DNA of 64,000 nt, taken from positions 88,407 through 152,406 of the forward strand of contig NW_003314283.1 in assembly GCF_000143415.4 (NCBI RefSeq), in the 5' to 3' direction. Source of the stretch: Selaginella moellendorffii. Taxonomy: Eukaryota; Plantae; Lycopodiophyta. A program made the position numbers and the translations under genes. Below the pieces are notes generated by a model. The model was not told where the DNA came from. It searched no databases and worked only from the letters and a program-made list of their open reading frames with translations. Below are positions 11,100 to 23,500 of this stretch, piece by piece (position 1 is the stretch's first letter; the number at the start of each line of letters is the position of its first letter).

Positions 11100-12199
11100 T
11101 CGAATGCAACAGCAGAAATGCTTACAGATGGTTCAAGTCCTTACCATCATATACTGCACGAAATTCCAGCAGGTCAAAGTCATTGCGCCATACTCTCCAG
11201 ATTTTTATTTCCGCGTGTTTGACGATTGTTCTTTGAAAGCACTTCGCAAAAATGAGTCCTGGCTGTAAACACATATCTTGAGCTTTTTCTTGTCCTGGTT
11301 GTCTGCAGGAGTGACTTCAAAGATCACGAACTTGGGAGAGAATGTGGCCACGGCCACATGACTTTGATCCTGCAGTCAAAGTCAAAGCACTGAAAGAGAC
11401 AAGGAAATTTAGAGATTGCAAAAATCATGACTTGACGATCACGGACTCTGCTTTTCCCAATGAGCCTGTGGAATGCACCTTTATCAATGGTGCCTTGTTA
11501 ATAATCACTTCAATCATAGTTTGCAAAGAGTTCTTGACATTCTTGGTGAAGGTGGCCAAGCCTAAAGCAGAGATGACCGTCCACATGGGCTTTTATACAA
11601 ATATTCTCTAAATCTCTTGCTCTCTCTCTAGTGGCTGATGGCTTATAGATGTGGCTTGCATCCCAATGGCTCATGGATATAACTCACATCCCAACAAGTG
11701 ACCAAAATGGATCAAGCATGTTTGTCATGTGAAGAGAACCTAGCAGCCTTTAAATGTTTAATGCAATGCCCATGTTAAGAAATTGGAGAAACCAAAATAA
11801 AAGAAAAGGAAGAGGGATAGAGTTTGGAGTTATTAGGGAAAACTATGAGTGCAAACTGAACCCAAGTCCAAAAAGAAAAAGAAGAGAAGACCAAATAAAA
11901 TAGCGTGAAAAGTATGAAGTGATCAATGGGAAGAGAAACATAGAGAAGGGAATAAGAACTAAAATAAGAGGAACAAATGCTCACTTGGATCACAGTCTCG
12001 TGCGTTCTTGAGCCTTCAGAAAGTTCCTCCAAGTTGCCCAAGCTTACAATGGAAATACAAGAGAGATGTGTGCTCGGAAGTTGTATGAGAGAAAGCTGTA
12101 AATGGTGGGAAAAGGTAGTGGAAGGGACTACAGATGTTAGCACTAACAGTGGTGATGTCGAAGTGCTTTGTGCATGTGAACTATTGTTGCAAATAATGG

Positions 12200-12950
12200 T
12201 TGTTCCTTTTTGGTGCTAAAGAATGAGATGGCAGGTACACCATCAGTCCACCATGTTTGGGTTCCTGTGTGTGCATCAAATCCAACCGGCTAGGAAAAAA
12301 TAGATTTTGAAGTCGAGATTTATTGTGTTTATTCATTTTCGCTGGTCCACTTTGTAATTTAACTTTGGCATGTTTATACATTGTCCTGAATGCCCAAAGT
12401 GCTCTTGTTGCTGGATTCAGCCTACTCATTGGATTGAGGAAAATAGCTGTTGTTATGAACATGTTGAATCTTTAACAGCTAGAAAGAGATCCTCCACTGT
12501 TAGAGATGAGCTCTGTGGGGATGCTGAAGTGACACATGATATGCTCATAGATGAACTTCGTTGTTGTGTACTGATCTACACATTTGAGGGGAACGGCCTC
12601 GATCCAGTAGTTTGTCACAATGAAGAGGAAGACGTGGGACACTACTCCTAGGGTTGTGTTGTTGGCATTGTAGACACTATTGTGCATACTCCTTGGTGTC
12701 CTTGAGGATTGTTGGCTAGAAGTAGCCATGTCGAAAGAGTTGTGCTGTCATGCAGCCAGAAAAGTGCTCGACACAAGAACTTGGAGCAAAGCAGAAATCT
12801 CAGTCGCTGTGACACATTGGAGAAGAAGGCCTTGAGCAGTATGATGTGTCAGGGCCTTCTTCTCCATCATACTGCTCTGACACATGGAGGAGGAGGCATT
12901 GAGGACAATAGTCTCGAGCCTGCCACTGCAAAGATTGCTGTAAGACAAAG
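12200..12950 (-). mobile_element. Degenerate Ty3/Gypsy integrase fragment
   Basis: WIEAVPLK...TKFIYEHIMCHFSIPTELISNSG and ALWAFRTMYK integrase-core strings, with stops and frameshifts. Confidence 0.7.
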
Positions 12951-15378
12951 ATGGAACCTCCTCTAGAACTAGAGTCTTCGGTCAAACAAGAAACTATGGA
13001 TGAAGAATTTTTGCATAAGGAAGACTCGAGTGAGGAAATTTCCAAACAGGAGTCCGATAGTAAAGTTTAGTCATCCAAAGCTTGATTGGACGTTTTAAAA
13101 GGACAATTGGCATAGACCAATGCCCTGCTAGAGACTTTCATATGCAAGCTAAAGTGTGATGAGAAGCGGAAGAAAAAGCAAAAGACTGCAAATGCTAGCA
13201 ATGTAGAAGGCATTGACCTTTTGGTGGGGACTGAGGTAGAACCGAATAAGGTCAAATAAACTGAAGTGGAATCAGTCCTTCAAGTAGTTCCCAAATACAA
13301 ACTAAAGCCCCCACCAGTCTTCAAGGGAGTGAATGACTATAAAGTGGTAGAGGATTTATTTTACAATATGGAGGATTATTTCCAAGTGTTGTAGTTACCA
13401 AGATCGGAGAAGGTCCTATATACAAAACCATACTTGGCAAATAATGCTAATTCTTGGTGGAGAACAATAAAGGTTAACGAAGAATTGGTGACCACTTGAG
13501 AAATGATGAAGGTGAGGATCAACGCAATTTTCATTCCTTCGAATGCTACTTTACACCTAAAGGATGAGTTGAGTAGGTTGAAGCAGACAGGAACTATTCA
13601 AAAGTATGTAAATACATTTATAGCAAAGACGATTCTTATCACAGACATGGGTGACATGGATGCGTTCCATACCTTCATATTAGGCTTGCAGACCTGGGCT
13701 TGAAGTGACGTGAGTGATGCATTGAAACCCAACCAACTATAAGGAAGCATTGAATGCAGTTATTAAGTGCATTTCAATGATAACCTACAAAAGGGGAACA
13801 CAACGGGGTCGGGGCCCACGTTTAGCAAAGGAGCCAAACCAAAGGGGACATGTGATAAAGGGAAATTCAAGAAGAGTTTCTCTAAAAATGAGTCCTTAGG
13901 GTTTTAGAAAGGTAGATCTAATGGCCAGCAAACAAATACATGGGGGAGTTAAGCCAAAAAATACAAACCCACAGATAAAAAGGTCAAGTCGGCTAATAGC
14001 ATGGAAAACAATGTATGCTGCAACTATGGTGAAGTATGACACTTTTCAAAAAAATGTCTCTACCCAAAGAAGGCCAGAGCTAATATGGCTATTAAGTCGA
14101 GTGAAATCCCCACTGAAGTACATGATCCAATCCCTAGCTCAAAGTTATTCATTATACGAGCAACTTTGGTAGAGAGTTGTTCGCGACATTTACTAGCCCT
14201 TTGAGGGAAGCTCGGAGGTAGCTTTGTTAAGATTTTTATTGACATGGGTGCTTCGGATAATTTTGTGGTTGCAGACATAGTTCGGCAAGCTAAACTAACG
14301 GTGTAGCGGCTGGGTGAACCAAATATTATAGCATTTGTTCAAGGTAGCCAAAGCACCGATGAGGTAATTTGACAAACAAGAGTCGAAGTAGGGACATGAA
14401 AAGTAGACATAGATTTCATTATGTTGGATATGGCGGGATTTGATATAATCTTCGGGATGGATTAGTTCAATCGGTTTATAATAGCCCTGCATAGACAAGG
14501 TAGGAACCTTGTGGTACTGGTGAATGCCCGAGGAGAACAATCCAAGGTGAAAGCCCAAGATCTAAAGGTCAGGCAATGTAAGGCCAAAGATTCCTACTTG
14601 AACTTGGTGTCTATGAAAGGACAATTCACTAAAGAAACTAAGGTAACATTTTTTTGCTTACTTTTAATAAAGAGTTAAAAAAAAGATGGGAACAAAAGAA
14701 GTACCTTTAGAGATTTGCAAGTGTTGAACCAATTTCAAGATACCATGCCAAAGGAGCTACTAATGGGGTTACCCCTCGTACAATCAATAAAACATAAGAT
14801 TAAGTTGGTTAAGAGTGTTAAAATGGTGGTTTATCCCCCTTATTGGTTGAATGAAAAAGAATTTTGAGGAGCTCAAGTGCCAACTTGAAGAGTTAGTCGA
14901 TAAAGGGTATGTTAGGTTGAGCAAATTACTATATGAGGCACTGATGTTATTTATGAAAAAGAAAAATGGATTTATGCACATGTGCATAGACTATTAGTTG
15001 CTCAACAAGTATACAAAGAAAAACAAGTATCTTTTACCAAGGATTGAGGATCTATTCAATAAGTTGGGAAAGGTGAAATACTTCTCGAGGATTCACCTAA
15101 GGTCGGGATACTACCAAATCAAGGTAGCAAAGAAAGATGTCGAGAAGACAACCTATCAAACAAGGTATGGAAGCTTTGAGCTTCTGATGATACCCTTTGG
15201 GCTATGCAATGTGCCGGCAATATTTTTGGGGCTAATAAACTACACTATCTAAATCACTTTATGGTTGTCTATATTGACGATATTTTGATCTATAGCGAGA
15301 CACTAGAAGAGCATGCCGAACACTTGACGAAGGTGTTTAAGAAACTAAGAGAACACAAATTGTATGCTAAAAAATGCA
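12951..15378 (+). mobile_element. Degenerate Ty3/Gypsy gag-protease-RT fragment (chromovirus-like)
   Basis: gag LKQTGTIQKY, decayed CCHC knuckle ~14012-14058, protease IDMGAS ~14240, RT LPRIEDLF...LRSGYYQI...PFGLCN...VYIDDILIYS. Truncated at 15378. Confidence 0.88.
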
Positions 15379-15889
15379 CCTACTTTTCTAATCTGTTAAA
15401 GGTTTTGGGATATTTGGGGTAAAGCGTCCTTGGATTTGAATAGTACTGGGCTAAGTGACCTCTTGGGAAGTCCAAATTTAGAAACTTACATTTGGTATCA
15501 AAGAGGTTTCAAGTTCAATTCTGTTAGTTGGGTAAGGGAATCACACTACATATTGATTGATATTTGGCAAGTCTAGTTTGCTTCAGCTAGGCTCGACTCA
15601 AGGGGTAGGGTGTTAAGAGAGTAGGGCTCTTGGGAGAGCTACAGCTCTCAGCTTTTGTTCACAAGGGTGTGAACTTGTAAAGAAGTGTAATGAATTATAA
15701 GCAATCAAAGAGAATAACTTGAGAGACAATCCATAAGGTTTAAATATAGAGGGAAAGGGGCCATGAATAAAAATGCACCCCCTTTTCCAATCAATTTAAA
15801 GTCTTGAGATATTTGGGGTTAAACATCTTTGGGTTTGAATAGTACTGGGCTGGGTGACCTCCTGAGAAGTCCAAATTCAAGATTTTACA
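15369..15889 (+). mobile_element. Cassandra-like TRIM: truncated 5' LTR (15369-15490), PBS, ~120-bp internal region, PPT, 3' LTR (15611-15889); both LTRs carry a 5S rRNA-like segment
   Basis: LTR end ttaca at 15490 followed by tggtatca (tRNA-Met PBS, 15493). PPT aaggggtaggg at 15600-15610, then TG at 15611 and ttaca at 15889. Segments 15419-15473 and 15818-15872 resemble the plant 5S core GTTAAGCGTGCTTGGGCGAGAGTAGTACTAGGATGGGTGACCTCCTGGGAAGTCC. Confidence 0.85.
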
Positions 15890-15899
15890 ACCAGACCAA

Positions 15900-18113
15900 C
15901 AAAAGAAAGTAAGAATGAATCACCACTAAAAGCTCTTTAACAATCAAGCTAACTAAGATCGAAATTATATCTAGTATCCGAAACTATTTCTTCAGCTACA
16001 AATAATACAGTATTAAAGAGTGAATCACCATATCCAAGACTCAATGTAATCCCACACTATAAACTAAATGCAATCAAACAATATCAACAGAGATGGAATC
16101 AATATTCTAATATGGAAAATCATGTAAGCCTAACGACGCAATCCTTCGTAACACCACCTAATAAGTAAGCCCATCACTACTAAATCATCATTGAATTAAG
16201 CAAGTGTTAATAGTTCTTGACAAAGTTTATAAGTAATCATAAAGATGCCTTTATAAGACCCAAACACAAACTTATATCATCAAGTTATATAATTTTCTAG
16301 AGTAGTACTCTAGGTACAATATATAAGAATATAGATAAGTACTAACAAAATGAATACTCGAATCCAACTCAACCATAATAAGCTCATTAATGCATTTGGT
16401 TAATAACTCTAAGTATAACTGAAGAGGCTAGCTATGCATGATTAATATTCAGTCAAATTTAAAGTGAAAATCATAAGATGGACTCATATGGTACACAACC
16501 TCCTAATAGGCAAGGCTATAGTACAAATACTAACACTTCAACTGCAAATAACTAAATTGGACATCTTCATCCTCAACCAAGGTGTAAAGCCATCATAACC
16601 AAGTCAAGATCACTTAAAGCATATTACTATTATAAAGTTTAATTTAATATAAGGTATGACTTGCCACCAAGTATAATGCTACAAAAAAAATGCATAAGGG
16701 TCACTTTTCTAGAAAAGTACAATAACCATTTTTTAACTCTTTAACTCAATTGCATTAACCTCAAAAGTTAGCATCCCTTCCAAGCTATATCATACAAACT
16801 CCTTACTAAGGTAAGCTAACTAAAATCAACTCCAACACTTTCTCTAGTTTACAATAGCTCACGAAAACGGAATGGTTTTTGGGCATCAAGATCAAATCTA
16901 ATGCTAAAACATTCATAAGAAAAATAAAATGAAAAATCAAATTCCAATGACAACTCTTCATCACTCAATATAATAATGCCACTTCCACTAACACAAGTGT
17001 TAGCAATATGAATGTCACAATAACACACTTTCTCTATCTAACAATCTACTTTAAGTGCTAACAAATCAATCAATAAACTATACTAAATGAATGTTACAAC
17101 CCTTTTTCCAAAATATGAATCAGCAAACCCACAAGGTACTAATATAAGTATAGTATAACATGGATTACCATCAAGAACTTAGTCAAAACTGCTAAAATGC
17201 TACTTCTTGCAAATAGACTAACTTCACTATTAACCACTTCAAGCAACTTCATAAACACATTTCTTAAAATTATAAGGATATGATTTAGAAATCAAAATGA
17301 CTTAATCATCAATTGAGCAAGCCCACATTATTACTTCAAAGGTTTTTATGAGTATCAAATGCCAACTCTATTTAAAAAACTTCAACATAAATACTACACC
17401 CCACCAATAAAGATTTACTACATATAACACCATTAACTTTTGTTCATAATATAAATAAGCTTATACCACTCTTTCCGACAAACTCATAACTAATCTAGCA
17501 CCAAGCTAGTCAAAGAGCAATAGTAAGGTTTCTTAGAAAAAGAATTGGGCATTGCAATCTAAATCTTCAAATAACAAGCCTAAATAAACTAGTTTAACAC
17601 TTCATTAATATCCATCCCATGACTCACTATTTGTAAGACTATTATAATTCATATGCATCAAGGTAAGGACTCTTGAATGTATGATGTGATTGCGAGTACT
17701 GAAATCACATCTCATGGCCAATCATCTCTCAAAGAAGAGATAATGATTTACATATTTAATCTTTCATTCTTGATAACTCTCTTTCTGGACTTAACTTTGA
17801 CCAAACCTCAAATTTGCATTTGCATTACCTTCAATTTAATCCAAGAAAAGTGTTTAAGAAAGCATGATAATGACTACTTGAACCAATAGACTAATCTCTA
17901 TAGGCTTGATTGATCCACTTATAATCATTTCTAGGAATGATCCACTAGTATTGTGCTAAATAGCTATGGACCAATCTATTTGGCATGCATAGCAAACTTA
18001 AGGGAGGTTTATTTTTACCCACAATAACATAGAATAATTCATAATAACCATCAATAGACTAATATTAATTTTGTTAACTCAAAGTGTCACCTTAAGTTGT
18101 TAATATACCTCAC
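15900..18113 (+). mobile_element. Highly decayed LINE-like (non-LTR) remnant, probably continuing after 30947
   Basis: A/C-rich, CpG-depleted tract with residual RT-like strings (YTPLTFVHNINKL ~17424, cf. YRPITLLN..YK; EQ*GFLEKRI ~17515, cf. QxGFxxGRxI). No open frame. Confidence 0.4.
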
Positions 18114-18161
18114 TTAGGGGATGGTCCAAAGTTGAGTTAAGCTCACGAGTTGAGCTCAATT
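18114..18161 (+). repeat. Left terminal inverted repeat
   Basis: gctcacgagttgagctcaatt (18141-18161) is the exact reverse complement of aattgagctcaactcgtgagc (30882-30902). Confidence 0.8.
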
Positions 18162-19199
18162 CAGCTCAAGTCAATACTAATCAACTTAGTCAACCATAAG
18201 TCTTATAAAGAAATATTAAGTCAGAAAAATGTTATTCTTTGGTGAACTTGAAATTTATGAATTTAAATGTCAATGGTTCAAAGAGATTTCTATTTTTTAA
18301 ATCTTTCTAATGCAATTTATACAATAAAATATTGTTTCTAGAATTAAAAGTTCGTCTGAACCCATAGAAATTTTTGAGCTTTATTGGTCCCAAATAAAAT
18401 AGGGATATTGAAGTTCGAATGAACCTAAAATTTCTATTATACATTTCAACATTTTAACATTTTAACAATTAACCAAATATATATATATATAATTCAAAAT
18501 ACTGATGCACTCATTCATTCTTTAGGGTTTACAAAGATGGGAAGTAAGGAAGACAAAAAATCTATAAATAGTTCTAGCATACAGAAATGTGAGAATATTA
18601 ATTTTGTTTCACTACCACAATTTCCATATTACACGCTTAGAGACCACTGTCACTATTGATAAAAATGTTCCTATTACTTCCAAAACAACAATCTAGAGCA
18701 AGAGAAAATAAGAAATGGATAGTACAGCAGAAAGCACTAATAAATCCACTCTATAAAACCTTTCAATGTCTTTTTTAATCCACTAAAATATTTAAAAAAT
18801 AAAGTTTTTTATATATATCTTATTCCTTTTAATATCTTTTGTCTTTGCAAAGAGTATAAGTATATATGATGCGATAAATCAAAGAGCTAAATCTATATAT
18901 AATTTTGAGATTGAAAGGTAATCTTGCAAAAATGCATACTTAAGTGCTTATGTGCATTTGCCATTATTATATATGGCAGGCCAATTATATAAAATAAGGT
19001 TATGTATTAATTATAAGCTAGTTTTTAGCTTCTGAAACTCTATAGCCACTTGTCTTTCATAGTAGGTTGTAATTACTGAGACTGACAATTATGATTCAAT
19101 ATATTGTCATGTCATAATAAAACATCATTCCTGAGATTGAAATATAGTATATTAATCAAAGAATTTTTATTGCTGGGAAGTTTAATTCTTCTTGTGTGT

Positions 19200-19700
19200 T
19201 GCAATGGTTAGGAAGAAGTTTATTTTGGTCCCAAAGGCCTTTCATATAAGTCTCCACCTCCATTTTCAATCTCAACCAATAATTCACCTTCACTTCTACC
19301 TAACAATCCTCCTTTTCATTTTGAGGGCTATTGTGAAGCTCTTCCATTTGTGACCTCGAGTGCAACTGAATAAGAATTCTTTCTTTATGATATTGTTAAA
19401 AGAGTTAGATTGCCTCAAATACTCCAAGAGTGATGTCAATATTTTCTTCAAAATCTTGCTCCAGATATAACATGAGAGCTTAATGTAGATATATATTATC
19501 TTAAATGTCCTATATGCAACTTTTATTTAAACAAGATAGATGGTTGCATGGGTTTGGTAAATTTTATTGAGCATTGTCGCAAATGCCCAAGAGTGTTAAA
19601 GGTGTGCATGCGTGGATGTATAAAAAAATCAAGAAAGAATTAAAAACACACAGCTATTATGATTTCATGGTGGAGAATAATATTCCATTGGTGAACACTG
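19200..19700 (+). pseudogene. Cargo gene copy 1: unknown Pro-rich/Cys-His (zinc-finger-like) protein, cut by the assembly gap
   Basis: IYYLKCPICNFYLNKIDGCMGLVNFIEHCRKCP and VHAWMYKKIKKELKTHSYYDFMVENNIPLV; a diverged paralog of 20012-20559. Confidence 0.5.
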
Positions 19701-19930
19701 NNNNNNNNNNNNNNNNNNNNNNNNNNNNNNNNNNNNNNNNNNNNNNNNNNNNNNNNNNNNNNNNNNNNNNNNNNNNNNNNNNNNNNNNNNNNNNNNNNNN
19801 NNNNNNNNNNNNNNNNNNNNNNNNNNNNNNNNNNNNNNNNNNNNNNNNNNNNNNNNNNNNNNNNNNNNNNNNNNNNNNNNNNNNNNNNNNNNNNNNNNNN
19901 NNNNNNNNNNNNNNNNNNNNNNNNNNNNNN
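19701..19930. other. Assembly gap (N run)
   Basis: 230 N bases. Confidence 1.
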
Positions 19931-20011
19931 AACCCCTAGATCTTTTCTTAGTATAAATATCGACAAGGGATGCTTTCAACATTGAAATTTCAATTTGTTT
20001 AAAGTGAAGGA

Positions 20012-20559
20012 ATGACTAGGGAAAATGCTATTGCTACTCACACTTGGTCCCCACGCATTTCATATAAGTCTCCACCTGTGTCTCCAATTTTTACGTACAT
20101 TCCACCTTTCCCTCCACCCAATAATCATTGTGAGGTTTTTCCTTTTGTAGCCCCAAGTGTGACTGAACAAGAGATCCCTCTTCCAATAATGTTTTAGATG
20201 TTGTTACTAAAGATGGATTGCCTCATGTGCTTCAAGAGTGATATCAAATGTTTCTTCAAGATCTTGCTCCAGATATGGCTAAAACTTTTGAAAGAACAAA
20301 CATATATTATCTCTAGTGTCCCATCTGCTACCTTTATTTAGATAAAATGGAAAGCTGTATGGGTTTAAAAACTTTTCTAGAACACTGTCACAACTACCCA
20401 AGAACTGATGTGGAAAGTGTGCATAAATGGATGTATAAGAAAATTAAAAAAGAGTTAAGAACACACAACTATTATCATTTCATGGTGAGGAACAATATTC
20501 CATTAGTAAAGACTACATTCACAAGTGCTGAATATGGTATTTTTAGGCCATCCTACTAA
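20012..20559 (+). pseudogene. Cargo gene copy 2: unknown zinc-finger-like protein
   Basis: MTRENAIATHTWSPRISYKSPP...*MLLLKMDCLMCFKSDIKCFFKILLQIW, then after a frameshift CPICYLYLDKMESCMGLKTFLEHCHNYP...HKWMYKKIKKELRTHNYY. Confidence 0.5.
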
Positions 20560-23500
20560 AAATTTTAGCTACTAATAGTAGCTCAAATTTTAGCCATTTG
20601 AAGAACATATATTCTTCAATCGCAAACACCGATCTACCAAAGTCACATGCTACTTCGACCATCAAACCACTACCTGCTGTGCAATGGATGACAACATCCC
20701 TAGTTGGGCAATAAAGCTCAAGTAGGACATGCATCACCAATGGAGATTAGAACCGATACCCAAACAATGTGTTGCAGATGTTGTCATCTACGAGATTTGG
20801 TATGATGTCAGTAAAGCTATCATACCCTAGCAAAACCCTTATAACACACTCACTATCATGAAAACTGTCATTTTCTCTTTTGCAAAATACATGGTAGGTC
20901 CACATCATAACTTGAATAATAAGACTTTAAAGACAACCAAAACAAAAGATGATTTCTTACCTTCTCTGGCATGCCTAGGATGCCTTTGGTCTCGACCCCA
21001 ACACTATCCATGATGCACCCGGAAGAGAACCTCTTGAAGTTGACTCGAGTTGCATACCTTATAAGGCAAGACATCCAATGGGGGTCATTTGGGAAAATGA
21101 AGGCAACTTGACCAATTGTGTGAAGGAGAATTGCTGCCAAAAGGAATGCATCCTTCAAGTGGTCTTTAGTCAGATTGTTCTAGCTTAGGACATCACCATT
21201 AGTGTCTAAAAGACCATCTGGCATGTCAAAGAGCATGAAGTTTGTGCTCTTGAGAGGTCACCTATGGATTTTCTGACAAAAGTGCTCCCACTTTTGCAGG
21301 ATAGCCATATTCTTAGCATCCTCCTCAAAAGATGCCATCAATGAACTATAGGAGCTAATAAAGATCCCAACTTCACCATGGAATGCCACTGGAGAAATAG
21401 GGTGAATCTAGGGGGAGAAGACAAAGATAAGATATGAACTTAAGAAAAATTTACATATCGTCATATGGCATGTGGTAGATGTAAGTTCCTCTAGGTCCTC
21501 TTCTTAGGCATCAAGACGAGCTGGAATGAAGTTACTCATGACAGTTTTTGCTACAACCATTTTGAGGAACTAAGAAAATGAGAAAATTAAGAGAAATATA
21601 CCTCAAGAAGTTCCTCGGTTACGGGGACATTTTAGACGATCATCATCACTGTTGACTAATTCCTCTAGATGTGGATTTGCATGCTTTCGTCTAGGTAGAA
21701 CTTCTTGGACGTTCTAGTTCTCTTGCTTGACTTCGTCTCAAGGAATTTCTTGCAAGTCTATCTCACCGCCATCTTCACTCTCCTTGCCATTAGTACCAAT
21801 AGTGTCGACATTCTCATGGCCATCATCTTTGTCATCTGGCATGTCTTCATTGTTGCCTCTTCAGCTTCTCGGTGGGTTGGTGCATAATCTGGCATCTCCA
21901 ATTCCCAAAGACAAGCTTGCTTTATTGTTGCTAGAAACTTCATTGTTGTCAAGTACATGCCTCCATCTCTCACACCATGCCTCAAGAGTCGTTCGCATAC
22001 TAGTGTTTCGAGAGGAACACCTCTATATTGGAGATACCTATAATAGAATATAAACAAATTGAGTATAGTTGAGAAATTGTATGTTACCTGAAAGCTGCTC
22101 ACCACATGAAGTAAGGTTGGCTAAGTTGTTTATCAAATGGAGTCATGCTTGTGGCCTTCTTTGGTAGCCAGTCCTCTCTGAGTTTTGTAAGCTTAGTGGT
22201 GATGAAGTCCTTGAATGGAAGTTGCTCAGGATCATCCTCTATAAAAAGTGCTAGAAGCATCTCCCCTTCATATACAGTTTGTGAAATGTAGACGGTCCTC
22301 CTCATCACAGTCTCCATCATACTGTCCAAACCTTTTTCTCCTTCCTTGAGTATGTTATTGAAGTCGTTCAGAATGTGTATCTATTCCTCATATGTAAGCT
22401 TGGACTTTAAGATGTTGTAAATAATCTCATCTGGAGTCTTGCCCACTAAGAAATAACTTTTGTGAGTAACCTTCATGTAAACACAAACAATAATTACTTT
22501 CATGATAAACAATCTCTGTTATGATATCAAACTACTCCTTTGGGCGTCGAGGGTTAGCCACACTAAGTAATTTCTTTACCTTTGTCTTCTTTGTGATGTT
22601 GATTTTCTTGTCAATTGCAGCTAAATGCTTCAAGAGTTCTTGATCATTTTCAGCTTGATGTGACTATGCATATGCATCTTGCTTAACTTTCACCAATGGC
22701 TAAAGACAACACAAACATTCTATGATAAGAAGTATACTTGGAAGAACATACCTTACTCCACACAACTGTCATAAAAGCCATTGGATTCTTGTACCATCTA
22801 TTGGCACCTCGTTGATGCCGAATAAGTGATGCTAAATCATCACTATAGTGGCTGTAGATTGCATCCTCGTCGAGATTGGCAAGAAACTAGATCTGCTCGA
22901 TATCATGTACTAGGCTTTGTTCCTGCACTGCAAACTATCCCAGCCTACAAAACACAAATTGTTAAAAGTGATTGAAGAGGGAGAGGTACTTACGCATTAA
23001 TTTTATGGCAAGCTATCACAAGCCTTGCCACATCTAGAGATCCTCTCACGTGTACATGTCTAATCAGAACATTGATGTGATAGACAAGATCGTCTCAAAA
23101 GCATTCATTGATGCACTTCATCCACGCACACTAGTAATGATTCCCAACTTCATTTTCCAAATGTCATCCCAAACCCTCTCGATTTCTGGTGACACCGAGA
23201 GGGTATTTGTCATTCTTAGCTTGAAGACCGAAACAAAGAACATACCTATGTTTGCCCCAAGGCCATTCTATTTGTACAAATTATAGATGTCCATGTTGAT
23301 GAAGTGCGGTGGAGCAAACCAAACAATGCTTGTCTAAGTGAATCGACATAGTGGGATTTTTTAGATCATGTCTCTCGGGCCTTCCCACTTGAGAGACTCC
23401 AGAGTCGTGTGAATGGCCTTCTTTTTGGTTCTCAAAACTGTTTCTTGGAAGCACTTATTTACAATGTGTTCAAGTAACTCCACTTCTCTTTCAGCTTTAA

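Noticed and set aside
15419-15872. Functional 5S rRNA genes
   Set aside because: Only ~55 nt of the internal promoter region, diverged and embedded in LTRs; no full 120-nt gene or T-run terminator.
18114-18120. Telomere repeat TTAGGG at the left element end
   Set aside because: Single unit, not matched at the right terminus (TGAGGA), so likely coincidental.
20543-21260. Bacterial contamination as the source of the methyltransferase
   Set aside because: The gene has spliceosomal intron signals, shows deamination-type decay and lies within a eukaryotic transposon that has a nested LTR insertion.
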